This document shows positions 47,610-61,120 of a DNA stretch of 64,000 nucleotides, piece by piece. The translations under genes and the position numbers were made by a program. The stretch's first letter is position 1, and each line of letters starts with the position of its first letter. The notes under the pieces are model-generated. The model had not been told where the DNA came from, searched no databases, and saw nothing but the letters and a program-made list of their open reading frames with translations. Source of the stretch: Convolutriloba macropyga (lineage: Eukaryota). The stretch covers positions 47,492,001 through 47,556,000 of the forward strand of contig NC_134470.1 in the NCBI RefSeq assembly GCF_964194025.1, read 5' to 3'.

Positions 47610-49549
47610 CTAAAAATTCAATTTGCTGCGTCGGAGATCTTTATTCTAATAGACCGGGGGGGTTTCAAACTAATATGTGTATAGCAATAACTGCATATAA
47701 TGTAAATATCAACCAAAAACTTGGAAAATATCCGCTGCGGCTTTACTTTCAGAAAGATTGGGTATTAAAAACTGCTGTGCTTTGTATCAGCTTTTGGTTA
47801 CAATTCTTTTCGAAATACGTGACTGAAAAAGATCAAAACATTTTGGAGCTAGATGTTGAAAATGAAGATAGGAACAAAACCAAAAAGAAAAGAATTGAAC
47901 TTAGACAATTCTGAGTTGAAATCCGGGCTTATCAGCTGATTGGCTGTTTGTCAAGCGTGACAAAGAAGAGTCAGGATAGATTGCACTGATTATAGTAAAA
48001 TTTACTTGAGTATTTCCTTAGTCCAAACTAATGCAAGGTGAGCATATTTAGAGTGAGCGTGTTGCAAAAAATTTTTCATCCTAAATTATTTCATTTTCAT
48101 TAAAAAGAAAGTATCAGAGAGCTTCTTTGTAAAAGTATCCCAACCTGTTCTTTTTTCGCTTTGCTCAAGTTGCTTTTACTTATACAAGAACGGACCGGAC
48201 AGCATAGGATCTGTCAACTAAAACTGCTATCATGTAGGAATTTAAGATCTTACAATACGAAGAGCTATTTTGCAAACCTTGGATAACGAAGAGTTTGACG
48301 CAAATCTCTTAAACGTTTGTTTCAGTTCAACCTCACTGGCATTGATTTTTTGGGCAATCATTTTTCATTAAATACCGACATCAAAGAGAATAGATAAAAT
48401 TATGATGCTATCATTTAAAAAATTACGCTACGTACCATGTAAAAAATCTGGTTAAAAGAAAAGATAAAACTCTAACGGAAAATTGTTAATAAAAAGAAAA
48501 AAATCTTTAAAAGAAAAACATGGCGATCACGTTTCAACGTACAAAAAATTTGCATAAAACTTTTGCGAAATAACAAATACTACACAACCAATTATTGTTC
48601 TAAGGTTATTTCAAAATGAGGGAATATAGATACGAGGCTGGCTATCCTTTTTCTTAGCTCTAAGAATCTAGTTTGGATCTATACGGAAAAATTGTTTTCC
48701 AGCATTTTGAAGAAGTGGGAACTTAAAAATTTTGAAGAGAAAAGGAAAAAAAAATTTGGGGGTGGCATGGCTAAAAACAAAAAAATAGTTTATATTTTCA
48801 AGATTATTTTATAGCAGTTTCCAGCCAAAAGCTTACGGTGTTTGACAAAAATACTTGGAAAAAAAGTTTTTTTTGACAAATTTTTGTAAAGTGAACCAAT
48901 GTCTTTCCGTATCTTAAAATTTTGTTAGGAGAACAGAAAACATTCAGGAATTCAGAGCTCTCAAAGTATCAAAGTCTTCTTTTCCAAAATCCAGAGTTGT
49001 TTTCGAGATAACTCCTCGTATTTCATAAGAATTAACCATTCATTCGGTTTCAAAATCGTGGACGTATAAAAATAGGTTCCATGAAGAAAAAAGTCAAAAA
49101 ATTGTTATAGAACAGAAAATTTTGAAGCACCTTTTTTATTCCTGAATTTGTCAAAGAAGATCGTTCCAATTAAACTGCTGTATAATACAATACCATAAAG
49201 ACTTCTTCGCGAAGTAGAGTGTTAGCGGATCGCCAGATTCAAAAACTAAATACAAAAGTTACTTTTTTCGAAAATATGAAATTTAATTTTTGACGCCTTA
49301 AATTTGAAGTTGCACTTCGACCTGATGTTATCTTGTCTGCGGTAGATTCTGTCAAGGGAAAATTTACAATTTTTGTTGATCGTATCGCTGCCCAAGTGTA
49401 AAAGCGAGAGTTGTAAAAAATAAAAATCAGGGGGTTCTTTTTTCAGTTTAGAGTTACTGAAGTTTTCCATTTCTTTAAAAGCGGAATTCAAAGAGTTAAA
49501 GGACCGAAATACAAAATTTAATGGAAAAAAATTATTCAAAAAAATAGTA

Positions 49550-49980
49550 AACTACCCAATGGTCCGATACAACCGTTCCTTTCAATGTTAGGAACAAATA
49601 GACGCAGAGTCTAAAAATGTCGGAAATATTACAAAAAAAAATAATTAATATATCCTACAGTTTACGGTTCTTAAAAACTTTTGAGCGCAAAGTTGATTTC
49701 AACTAAATCCAGCTGGTATTTCTTTGAAAATAGAATCCAAAGAATGAAAGCGCGCAAACAATAATTTAGTGAACAGTGATTTCTCCTGCTTTACTAAATA
49801 ACTAGTCATTGGGCCAACACAACCGTTCCTTTACATGTTAGAGACAAATAAAGCCAGAGTCAATAAAAAGTTTACAAAAACTCTTACAATGTTAGAAAAG
49901 TTACTTAATATTTGCTACAGATTGCGGTTTTAAACAAGGTTTAAGAACAAAATGATATTAATCAAAGCAAGCTGGTAACC
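49550..49980. repeat. Intronic diverged tandem pair with ~250-bp period
   Basis: ACAACCGTTCCTTT..ATGTTAG..ACAAATA at ~49569 and ~49818; CTACAG.TT.CGGTT...AGCTGGT occurs in both. Confidence 0.7.
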
Positions 49981-52929
49981 CGTATGCGATATTTTGAAAA
50001 AATTGTATTGGGCAACCAAGCTCTTGAAGCATCAAAAACGACAATTTTATGAAAAATTTGTCAAAAATTTAGTGTCAAAGTTTACGATAACCGATGCAAG
50101 TTTTTCCTCAAAAAATTTGCACCTCCTTTTCTAAAAGAAAACGCGAAAGAATTGAATGGATTGTGACGAAACTTGCGTTCATACATTTTAGCACAAAACG
50201 TTTTTTTGTGTGGGGAGCTGGTGTTTATGTTTGTGTGAGTGTGTGTGTTTGTGTGTAATGTTTTGGGCGTGTGTTTGTATCGCTTTGCGCAAAAATTCTT
50301 TTGTCTGAAAAAATGGATTGAATATGGTTTTAGTTCAAATAATAATATGGTTACGTATAACAAATAATTTTCTCCAATTGATAAATGTTGCATTCACATA
50401 CTACCATAAATCTAACTGGAAAATTTAGTTAATTTATGGTCTCTTCTAGAGGTATTTTGAATTCTTGTTGTCAAACTAATAGCAAAAATTCACAAATTAA
50501 CTATTTGCAGTAGAAGGTTTGCAGTTTTTAGTTCAAGTTATCATTTAGTGAAAAGTAAGGAACATGTTACGACTTTTCAAAATTTTTCATATAAAACTTA
50601 CAGAATCCAGGAACAAGAAGAATTGGAGACATTAATAGTCAAGACAGACTCTCTTATTTAGTACAAATTGTCAAATATTTTAGACCGGTGGCTTCCACTT
50701 ACATAAAAAGCACAAGTATCCCTCTCCCTTAAATGAGATTAATTTATGTAGTCAAGGGCGACTATTTCTATTTTCGATCAAATTAGTTCAAAAACTTGAG
50801 TGCGATTAACCTAAATTTAGCAATATTTGGACTCGGAGCAGAATTTGGCTACCTAAGACTTGATTTAAGAAAGGAAATAAAATCAACTTCAATTAGCACT
50901 TTTTAAAAAACTATTAATTAAAAATACAATTATGCACGAATTAAAAGCTTGTTTGTGGGGGAATTTTGAAATTAAAATTAAGATGTTTTCGCTAGTTTTA
51001 AATCTTATCATTTCAGCTATTATTTGAAAATCTCAGTAAAAACTGAGAAAAAACATTTCTCCAAAACCTGAAACCAATCTTTTCAAATGCTGGAGCTTCG
51101 TGAAATTATTTACTTCTTCTTTTATATGAAAAAAAGGGGAATTTCTGCATTTGTTAATTGCTCAAATTTCTCCCAATTCTGTCAATTTTGTTTGACAAAT
51201 CTAACTGGATTCAACTCTAAACCAAAACTGCGACAATACTTTTCTCAGAAACCCGCAACCTTTTTAAAAATTAGGGGAAATTTGTGAAATTACAATTACT
51301 TCTGTGACTTTCGGAAAATTCTGAAATTTCTGCAATTAATTAATTGCGTAAATTCTCTCCAAAACACTTTTCCAAGAAAAAAACACTCAATTGTCCTGCA
51401 TTTGATTATGCGCAATGAAAAACTGTGGTTATATACCACAGTATGTACAAAAATAGCACCTAGGCTCGTGCAGATGGGGGGTCAATGTTATATGAACACC
51501 AAGCTTGTTGCGAGAAGGCAGGTGGAAACAGAGTAGATTTGCGTAACGACATCCCTATACTGTGGAAAGTAATTATGCAAATTGTGGATTCTAATTACGC
51601 AGTTTGTGAAATCATATTATGCAAGTCGCACACTTCAATGATTCCAATTGCGAAATCTAATTACTCGAATAGTCAAATTTCCTAACATTTGCCTTTGAAA
51701 ACACTTACACTAAACCATCAGTGTTTTCACTAATACGCGTTTATGGACAAGACTGACTTAATCCCTTCAAAAGATTTCAATCCAAGCCTATTAAGTGAAC
51801 ATAAGTACTTTCCACGGATTTGAAGTATTAAAATTGCAAGTGGATTAATTATGCACAAATTGGTTAATTATGCCAAATTTTGGGGTCTGCACTGATCAGA
51901 AATGGAAAAGAGAAAAAAAAGAAATACGAAAAGTCTCAGCTATCTTAAAACCGTGTTGTAGCATTGGTACATACAATACAAAACTCAATCGCTTTTAGTG
52001 CTATCTGATGCAATCCTACTGTGCTATTGCGGTAGTTTATGTTGTCATGGTGAATCAACCAATCAGACTATGCCAGCTGGCAAAAAGTATAAACCACCAC
52101 TATAAAAAGCAATAAAATTGTAGTAGAAGCACTTTTTCCCAAGTCTGCGAGGATGCAATCCACTGGCTGGCGATTCAAGCCCCGCAGCAGAGGAAAAACT
52201 GCCAATAACAACATGCTCAGCTGAGTGCGGCTGATAAATGCTCAGCGATATAGCTCGAGCAGTAAGAGCTAATGCTTAGCTTATTTCCTCACATTAATAG
52301 TATATACAATTAAGCGCTGTATTAGATAGTGATGACTGTAACAAAAGACTTCGTTCCAATACATGACGAAAATCTCTGTGAAAGTGCCTAGTCAAAAAGT
52401 GCGTATAACTAAGAAAAAAACAGGAACTGTAAAGATCTAAAAGAAAATTCCCTCAATAGTCTTGAATGCCATCACGGCTTTAAACAACAGACACTGTCGG
52501 CATCCATTACACGTCAATTTACAAATTTCCTTTGAAAAGGATAACCATTTGATAACACAAATAGCGAGAGACTCAAAAATTTTAACCAAGCTAGATTACA
52601 GCGAAAAACTTTTAAAAATCAATTAGACAAATGCACCTTTAAAAAACAGTAATTCTGTAATGGCAACAGTCTGATGTAATCCAAGAGTTTCACAACATTT
52701 TGCAAACGCACGGTGAGTTTTGACACCAAAGTGACCTTGATTAGGCCATGTCCAACGCTATACTGCTGAAATTACATAGGCAGGAAAAAGTTCAGCCGTT
52801 CAAAATTCTAGGAAATAGGCTGGAAATGGTTCGGTTATTGGTTATTTTGGTCTGTTACGGTCTGATCAGTGTTCATTTTGGTTTGACACCAACCATGGAA
52901 TAATTCCAGAAAGACCTTCAATTTTTTAC

Positions 52930-53136
52930 CTCTGCGCTCAGGGTTTGGTTCTCTGAACAGTAATAAGGCACACTGAATCTGTAAAATTCTGGTGAAATGA
53001 CGAAGCATCCCGAATACAAAGCAGCCAATGTACATAATGCCACCATTAAAAACTGCCATCTTGCCGCAAATTTCTGCTCCAGAAACAAAGCGTCAATTGA
53101 GGGCGCCGCTTTCGATTCGGTTCCGGGTGACTCCAT
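52930..53136 (-). CDS. SLC22-like gene, first coding exon (N-terminus, TM1 and start of the extracellular loop)
   Basis: MESPG...IDALFLEQKFAARWQFLMVALCTLAALYSGCFVISPEFYRFSVPYYCSENQTLSAE, with an in-frame TAA just before the ATG. Donor GAG|GTAAAA (phase 0) matches the phase-0 acceptor at 47610. An upstream acceptor TTCTACAG at ~53171 implies a 5' UTR exon or trans-splice site. Confidence 0.85.
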
Positions 53137-55144
53137 TTATTTTTGCCCTCGTGTCTTTCTAAAGACTTGCCTGTAGAATTGTAAGTAGAATTATAGTACA
53201 CAAGTTCTACGTTGTTTAAGATTGCTTCATTGGTGAGATCACTCTAAGATGGCTTGATTCTTTGTGAAACTAAAATGACAATCTTTCACTAGAGTAATTA
53301 AAGTATAAGTATAATCCTCCTGATTTAAGGATAGCTTTATATAATTAATATTCAGTTATTTCGACTAATGTGGTCGTTGAAGATTTTTGACGGCTGAAAT
53401 ATAATGTCTTGTTTAATTAAAAGTCTAAATACACAGTAAAGGTGAGCGTGGTTTAATTATCAATATGAACTCAAGGTTGATATCAAAATATCAAAAATTT
53501 GATCAAATCACAATTTCGATAATGTTTGAACATCAATGTAATCCAATAATAAGTGAACAGAATTTATCGGTGACAATTATATTTAGCAAATTTGATTATT
53601 TAAATTGTATTAAAATGACTCTCAAATTGAAGCGAAACATGAACTCATACTTGTAACGAAATCTATGTATTCGGTATAGATATGTGTATATATGTGTGTA
53701 GGTGTATGTAGGCCATGAGTGGATTTCTTGGTACCGAAAAGAGCAAACCAGCTCGTAAATGACGGAGACTGATCAATCAGTCAGTTTGTTCAATCTCCGC
53801 TATCTTTCGTAGTTGAACTTAAATTCGTTCACACAAACGACAGCTTTGCTGTACTCAATTTACACGACAAATTGGATGTTCTCAAAGATAGAATGCATTA
53901 TAGTTTTTTTTCTGAAATAATAAAACAATCATTATAAAAGAGGTCATGCAGTTGCTCATTGCCTGTTGGTCGATGAAAAGAGAACTTTCAAGTTTAAAAA
54001 AATCAATATTTTACACCATACTGTGACTTTTAAAGGCTTGTAATTAGAAAATTTCCTTCTGTGAACTAAACTTGAAATAAAATCATAGTTTTGGTGACAA
54101 CCTACAATTCATAATTTAATTCAAATTGTTAACCAGGCCTCCAATTTGCGTAGACATAAGGTCGAAATTCAATTTTTCTAATTGGATATTTTAAAAGTCA
54201 TCTTGGTCCTGCTGAACAACGTGATGTGATAGACAGAATTAGTATAACTTTAAAAAAATATAGCCTTTAATCGCATGCATTTTATCATTGATGTTAAAAT
54301 GACCGAACATGATTGATACAATAAACATGTTCACGACGTTTTCTTCCAACTAAACTTTCGTCCGACAGAAACTGGGGTCAACACAGGTTACGCAAGTGTC
54401 CAGTTCAAAGATAACGTTGGCAAATTTGCTCAAAGGATTGCTAATGGTATGTCAATGTCAGGGGCTAATTCAGCCAAATGCATCCTTTAATAGAACAGTC
54501 AATCGTGCAAATGATAGATCTGAAACTTAGATAATCTCGCATACTGCCAACACCATTAGCTATTTCTTTCCTTCTAATCATTGGGCAAATTGTTTCATTT
54601 TAGGTAATAGCTGCCATTTTTAGCCAAATAAGTGCTTAACGCTAAAAACTTTTCTCCAAATTCATTGCCTGATTGGTCAGCTCATTAAAAAACAAAAAAA
54701 ATCGATCTATAATTTTAGTCATAAAATTGCCTTCATGCTTCATCATAACAATATTATAGAACAAGTTGAAAGTGATCAAAGATAACTATTTTACAGGTTA
54801 CTAAGTGACAGGACGGGACAGATTCATTTCACGGAATCAAATCTGTAATCAAATCCATCAAAGTTAAATCACAGTTGTCGAATCATTCACATGAAACTCT
54901 GGGCATAGCATAATTCAGGCGTATGAAGGTCTGTTTCACCAATGAGTTCAGAGATATGAAAATCTGATCAGAGATAAATTCATATCTATGAAACAGAGAT
55001 GCTCAATTTAGTGACCTCATCTGAACACAAAAAGTAAAGGAAGAGATTTTATGGCAAGTTTCTATGAATGTGCTAATTTTGTACTAATAACAAAAAAAAT
55101 GTGGTTTCAAATGCTATAAAAATTAACACTTGAATGCTTGCCTT

Positions 55145-56895
55145 CCCAGGTTGAGGTCCAGACCCAAATTGAGTTATGATCAGACCCAGTCGAGCGCATA
55201 CCCGTGTGTTCCCAGACCGAAATTACAGGGTCTTTTCGGAAGTTCGAGCGCACTACGGTCTGGGCCATGGTCTGGAGATGGTCTGATCAGAGGTCATTTT
55301 GGTCTGAAAAGTTTGATCATAGGCGGATTCGAGCGCACTTGGGTCTGATCAGAGGCGACTTCGAGCGCAATTGGGTCTGAACATAACCTCTTTGAGCGCA
55401 CTTTTGTCTGATCACAGGCGAATTCGAGCGCAATTGGGTCTGATCATAACCTCTTCGAGCGCACTTTTGTCTGATCAGAGGCGACTTCGAGCGCAACTGG
55501 ATCTGATCATAACCTCTTCGAGCGCATTTTTGTCTGATCAGAGGCGACTTCGAGCGCAATTGGGTCTGATCATAACCTCATCGAGCGCACTTGGGTCTAA
55601 TCAGAAATGCTTTTGAACGCAATTGGGTCTGATCAGGGACCATTTCTTCGAGCGCATTTTTTTCCATTTTTTGTTTTTTTTTTAATGAGAGATGTTGGAT
55701 CTGCCAGGAGGCAGCCATAAAGCAGCGTTCTGATCGGAGACTCATCTAAAGTCCGATAGCTCTGATCAGAAAACAGGAGTCCAGCTGATAACGGAGGCCG
55801 GTCCCCTTCAGAAAAAACTTTGATCAACTGGAGACCACGATGTTTCTTATGGAAAGCTGTCTAAACTCTTCCATTGAGTCATAAATATACACTAAAAGGT
55901 ACACTGAATAAAATTTTTTCTCAACAGTTGGGTTTCGTTTTCTTTAGCAAAACTTTTATAATTGATTTTTCCTTAGAATAATTAAATACTGCAAACATCA
56001 GTTTTTTGAAATGAATATATTATAGCAAAATTAGAAGATTTTTTCATAAGTAAAATCTTTCTCTGATCAGACTATTTCGAGCGCACTTGGGTCTGATCAG
56101 AGGCAATTTCGAGCGCAATTGGGTCTGATCATAGGCGGATTCGAGCTCAATTGGGTCTGATCATAATCTTTTCGAGCGCACTTGGGTCTGATCAGATGCG
56201 ACTTCGAGCGCAATTGGGTCTGATTAGAGGCGACTTCGAGCGCACTTGAGTCTGATCAGAGGTCGAATATTTTTATTCAAATTCATTGCAAATCTTTTAT
56301 TTTATAGCTAATTTTGCAGTAAAATCTCAACCAACGTGTGTGTAAGTTTTGTGTGTGCGTTTATGGGGTAACCGGTTTGTCTGTGTCTGTTTGTCTGTGT
56401 CTGTGTGTGTTTGTGTGTTTGTGTGTGTTGTGGGTGGGGGTCAAGCGATGGGGTTAGGGTTGAGAAGAAGGCTGATGAGAGGGGAGTTCAACTCGATATG
56501 GGGAGGAGAATGGACAATTTAAGTGTTGTGGTTAATGGACGGGAGGGCTGACGATGGAGATTTTGAGTGTTTTTGATCAGAGTGGTCAGCTGGGTCTCGA
56601 CTGACTCTGATCAGAGGCTACTTGGGTCTGAAATTGGGTCTAATCATAGTCTGATTAAGGTCTGGGCAATGGTCTGAATTTGAGTCTGGACCATGGTCTG
56701 GAGATGGTCTGATCAGAGCTCCTTCGGTCTGGAAAGTCTGATCAGAACTCATTCAGTCTACAAAGTCTGATCAGAGATAATTTGGGTCTGGAAAGTCTGA
56801 TCAGAGGTAATTTCGGTCTGGAAAGTCTGATCAGAGATAATTTTGGTCTGGAAAGTCTGATCAGAAGCAAATTTGGGTCTGGACCTCAACCTGGG
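55145..56895. mobile_element. Non-autonomous EnSpm/CACTA-like element with 30-32-bp subterminal arrays
   Basis: TIRs CCCAGGTTGAGGTCCAGACCCAAATT / AATTTGGGTCTGGACCTCAACCTGGG with a 2-bp TSD TT. Alternating 32/31-bp TCGAGCGCA...GTCTGATCA units at ~55310-55660 and ~56060-56260, 30-bp units at ~56710-56870, and an internal TG-rich tract. Confidence 0.8.
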
Positions 56896-59800
56896 TTGAC
56901 AAAAGTTAATAGCTGTACCTGAAAATATTTCAGCTTAACCAGACCAAAGTGCTGATGGAGCTCCTCGGATTAAAGTATATCCAACTTAGACAACCATCAT
57001 ACAGAAGTCATTCACTCTTTGGTGTAAGTCTTGCATACCAAAAAGAATAACGTTTTTTTTCTGAAGTTCACAAATTCGGGTTGCAAAAAAAAACAATAAA
57101 CTTTAATGCAGAGTCATTCGTACCATTTGAGGTGCACTAGTTGAACAAGATGCTAAATAATTCACCCAATTATCAAACAAAACTGCTTTGAAAACGGAAA
57201 TTCCAAACTATTGATGATATGGGACTGTCAAAATCGAACACCGGTTGACTTAAAGGAATGAATCTAGTGACACTAGAGACTACTGGATAAAAAAGAGAAA
57301 TGATTAAGTTCCGGGGGAATGAAGAAAGTGAGTTTCCTTAGGCTCCCGGACGAAAAAGTTGGCAATTGCGATGTTGGCAAGAAAAACACAACACAAAACG
57401 AAGAGCAATGACGTCTATGTTAAAATCAATATTAAAAACGACAGATTCAGGCAATTTTCATGTGTTTCAGAATTTTTGTGAGTGGCCCCGTCTTGGATAT
57501 TTCTGCCCAAATGAGTTAGTGGCTTTTCCAGCAAGGTCGTCTCCCTCTGCAATATTGGTCAAGAATCGTAAGATGTAATTTTCCGTAATTGTACAGAAGC
57601 TGGTTCATCTCACGAAAAACATACAAAGAAAAGGTTTTCAAGCAAATACCACATAGTTTAAAGAGACTAAGATATGGAACGTCTAACAAAAATCAACGGT
57701 TTTTGTTTCCAGTAAAACAAATAAATGCAATCAAAATTTTGAACAGAACTGAATTTTAAAAATAGGAGAAATTTGGAGCAAATTAGTTGGTACCGTCTTA
57801 TTTTTATGTCTAGTTGACCTTCAGAGATTTCACCAAGTTCCAAGTGCGAGTGAATATATCGACTAAACATCATTAATCGCGAAAATAATTGCTCCAGCTG
57901 GATTCACTGTTTTTATTTTTTTCCTTTATTTTCAATTACTTGTTTCTACGTTATACTGCTGCATTTCAGATTCGTGAAACGGGAATCGTGAGCCAGATTT
58001 CAGATTCGGGAATCGTGAGCCACGCAAATTTTTTTCCCAATCTTTTCCCCATTTATTTTTCAAATGATATGACAGTGATTTCGTTAGACGATATGCTGTT
58101 ATTGAATTGATTCTGCTAGTATGTAGATCAGAACTGCCATTAGCACACACTCTCAGCTGAAGTAATCAATGTGCGTTAATTTTCAGTGAAGCACTGGATT
58201 TCTTGCGAACCGTGTGCATCCCCCATTGGCTTCTGAATGATTGTGATTTCGCATCTGGCTTATCGTGGTTTTTGGAGAAGACACCGCAATAAAAATGCTT
58301 TCTAAAATCGGCAACTGGCCGTTTGTAACCCACCTCAGAATTGAGTTTGATTTTGTCTGCAAAATTAGGTTTGATTTTTTCTGTTGCGTGTTGATTATCC
58401 AGTAGACAGAGCTTAACGTTAACATTTCGAATGCATCTTTCTCTATATATAGAACTGTTTTGGTAACTGACGAGAGAAAAAAAGTCTAAGAAATTTCAGA
58501 TTCTGCTGATAACTAAACATGCGTTTCGCAGCATTAAGATGCTCAACAATCGGCTGTCGTATCTTTGATGGAGCTTGAAAGCACATTTGTTGTGCAATAA
58601 TATCTGGTCTTTATTCCAATTGGTCAAGCTAGAGTTTTTTCTCTGCTGGAGTTGTGCTAGATTTACATTCGGGCATTTCAAATTGAGGACACCAAACAAA
58701 ATCAAGAGTTCATTTTAGACTCTTTTGAGAAAGCGCAAAACAAGGAGGCTCGAAAATCTGCGTTCGCACATAAAATTCCAACCCCGCTCAACCGTATTTT
58801 TGGCATAAATGTCTACCAAATGAGGAACAGATAGAAAAACCCCAAAAACTGAAGTAATTTTCAAAAAAGTGTGTATGAACAAACAGATTGCCTCCAACGC
58901 AAATAACTCAGTGCAGTAAAAAAGATGCAGACTAGATTGCTGAGATCAGCCATTATCAAGAAAGCAAGTCAAGACAAACAAACTCAAACAAAAATGACAA
59001 CAAAAATTCAATTCTCTCCAAAATTTTACGTCCATTTTTTTTAAAAAAAAAATTATTAGCAAAATCAAAATAGCGTCAGATAAAACAGAAACTAAAAAAA
59101 CAACTTGTACTTCACAAGAAAAGATATGGGACTTGCACTCTATAATAAGGCTCCGTAACAAATAGACAGAAAAGAACAAAAAACAGCAAAATTAAAAAAA
59201 ATGGAACAAGTTTTTAAAAACAAATAATTTCAACGTAATGAATATCATCAGATAGCAATTGAAAACATCCAACGAGTTTATGATCATATACGCCTCTAAA
59301 AGAGGGTATTAAAACCTGTCTTCATTAATTTTTTAGGTCTGTCTTCAATTTTTATGCGGTTGCAAAAAAACAGAGACCTGTAATTAATCGGAATATGTCT
59401 TACGTCTACAAAAAGAACGTCAAATTTAGACAAAAATCACAAAATTAAAAATTAGAGTACTTTTTTTGCGAATAACCTGTGTCGAAGCCAGTAATTTCAT
59501 AACAAAATCCTCATAGACATTAGATTGATTACACTTGCACCTTCCCCCGACGACAAAAATGTCATATGTGACCTGCAATAAATGAAACTGGGTAAAAAAT
59601 AGACAAAGAAAGAACAAAATTTTAAAAAAATGTTTTTTTTTATTTTTGAAAACAGTTGTTTTCAAAATCAAGAAAGCCATCAGCTATCTAATCAGATCAC
59701 AACATAGCCTCATCCAGTCTTCCATAAATAGCCAATGAAATCAGCCAAAATCCAGGAAAATTCGAAACAGTAAAAAGACAAAGTAAAAACGACAGTTACA

Positions 59801-60689
59801 GACAAATGTAAAAAATTCAATTAAATTCTTCGAGAAAGGACCGCCTAAGCCGTTAAAACCATAATCCATGCCTTTAGAGGTTTTATATGTTCGATTATTT
59901 TTTATTTGGAACGCCAACAATGTAATAAGTGAACATTCAATAATGCGATAGTGCGACAAAATGAGAACAAAAAACGAAAAATGAGCCCAAGCCAGAAATA
60001 AAATTTTTTTTTTGAAATATAGTAGTATCAAAGCCAGAAAACCATAACTTAATGCACAAAAAAGTTTAATTTTAATTCAGTAGAAACATGAGGAAGAAGA
60101 ATTATTCTTTTTTGCTGACACTCAGCTACCATTTGACCACTTTAAGAGAAATTGTATGGCAAAGTTCAATAAGCCAATGTTCATTTAAAAATCAAACAAT
60201 TTTAGAAGTCAAAATTGCCAAAATCGTCTCAGTAAAAAAATTAGATACATTAATTTGGAAATACTTATGAAGCCCATTGGACCTATCAACACTGAGCTTT
60301 GATTTGAATTGTTTTTTCCTTAATTAACATAAAAAGGTCAAATGTTTTTTTAAAAAAAGACCGACTGATATAATCCGAATTACTTTTTGATTTAAACAAT
60401 CCAATATTGGACCAAAACCAGCCCCTGCTATTGTTGCTTATCCATTAAGAACACTCAATTATATCGAATGTTATAGATCAAATTAAATTGTTAGTTAAAC
60501 GATCAAAGAGAACGCTACCTTTTTGATATTCATAGAGTAAAGTTAGATGAAGGCGGCAAAACTTTAATTCCAGAATGCTCTCAATGGAAGTGGAAGTAGG
60601 ACTAACTACCCTTGTAGTTTACAAAGGTTGTGTGAGTTGTTTTCGGGTGTGTACTTCCGGTAAATTTAATCATAGTGAATTAAAGAAAC

Positions 60690-61120
60690 ATATTCCGGTC
60701 ATTTTTTGATGAAAAAGGCTCAATTTTGAAATATTTAGCCAAAATTGCAGCCAAAAACTTTAAATCAAAACAGTCAGCAATACTTTTTGTCTTTAAAAAT
60801 TAGATCAACAGTACTATTGTTAACAGTTTTTACACATTTTAGCAAAATTGACGAAATTTTATGAAAAAATCCCGGAAAATGTGAATATAAATAACGCAAA
60901 TTGGTCTAATGTTCACAAAAATTAAACCACGTTAACTCGTTCTAGAAAACGAACATAAAAAAATTAATTCCATTTTCTACGCTGGACAGGCTTTTAAATG
61001 ATACCAATGACAACTCTCCACGATGAATATATCGATCGGTCAAAATTGTCTGAACAAAAAAAAAACCAGTTGAGTATATAGTTCCTCCCCCCCCCCCCTC
61101 AAGAGGGGTCGGAACAGAAT
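60690..61120 (+). mobile_element. Hairpin-ended repeat (Helitron/Helentron-like), copy 2
   Basis: Collinear with 40740-41170; ends GTTCCT(C)nTCAAGAGGGGTCGGAAC. Confidence 0.5.

Noticed and set aside
50900-51890. Possible hAT-like element with AATTATGC motifs ending GGGGTCTG
   Set aside because: No convincing matching left TIR or TSD was found.
58183-58897. Run of three short minus-strand ORFs upstream of the transporter gene
   Set aside because: No recognisable domain or consistent splice structure; cannot be distinguished from chance ORFs or decayed TE sequence without a search.
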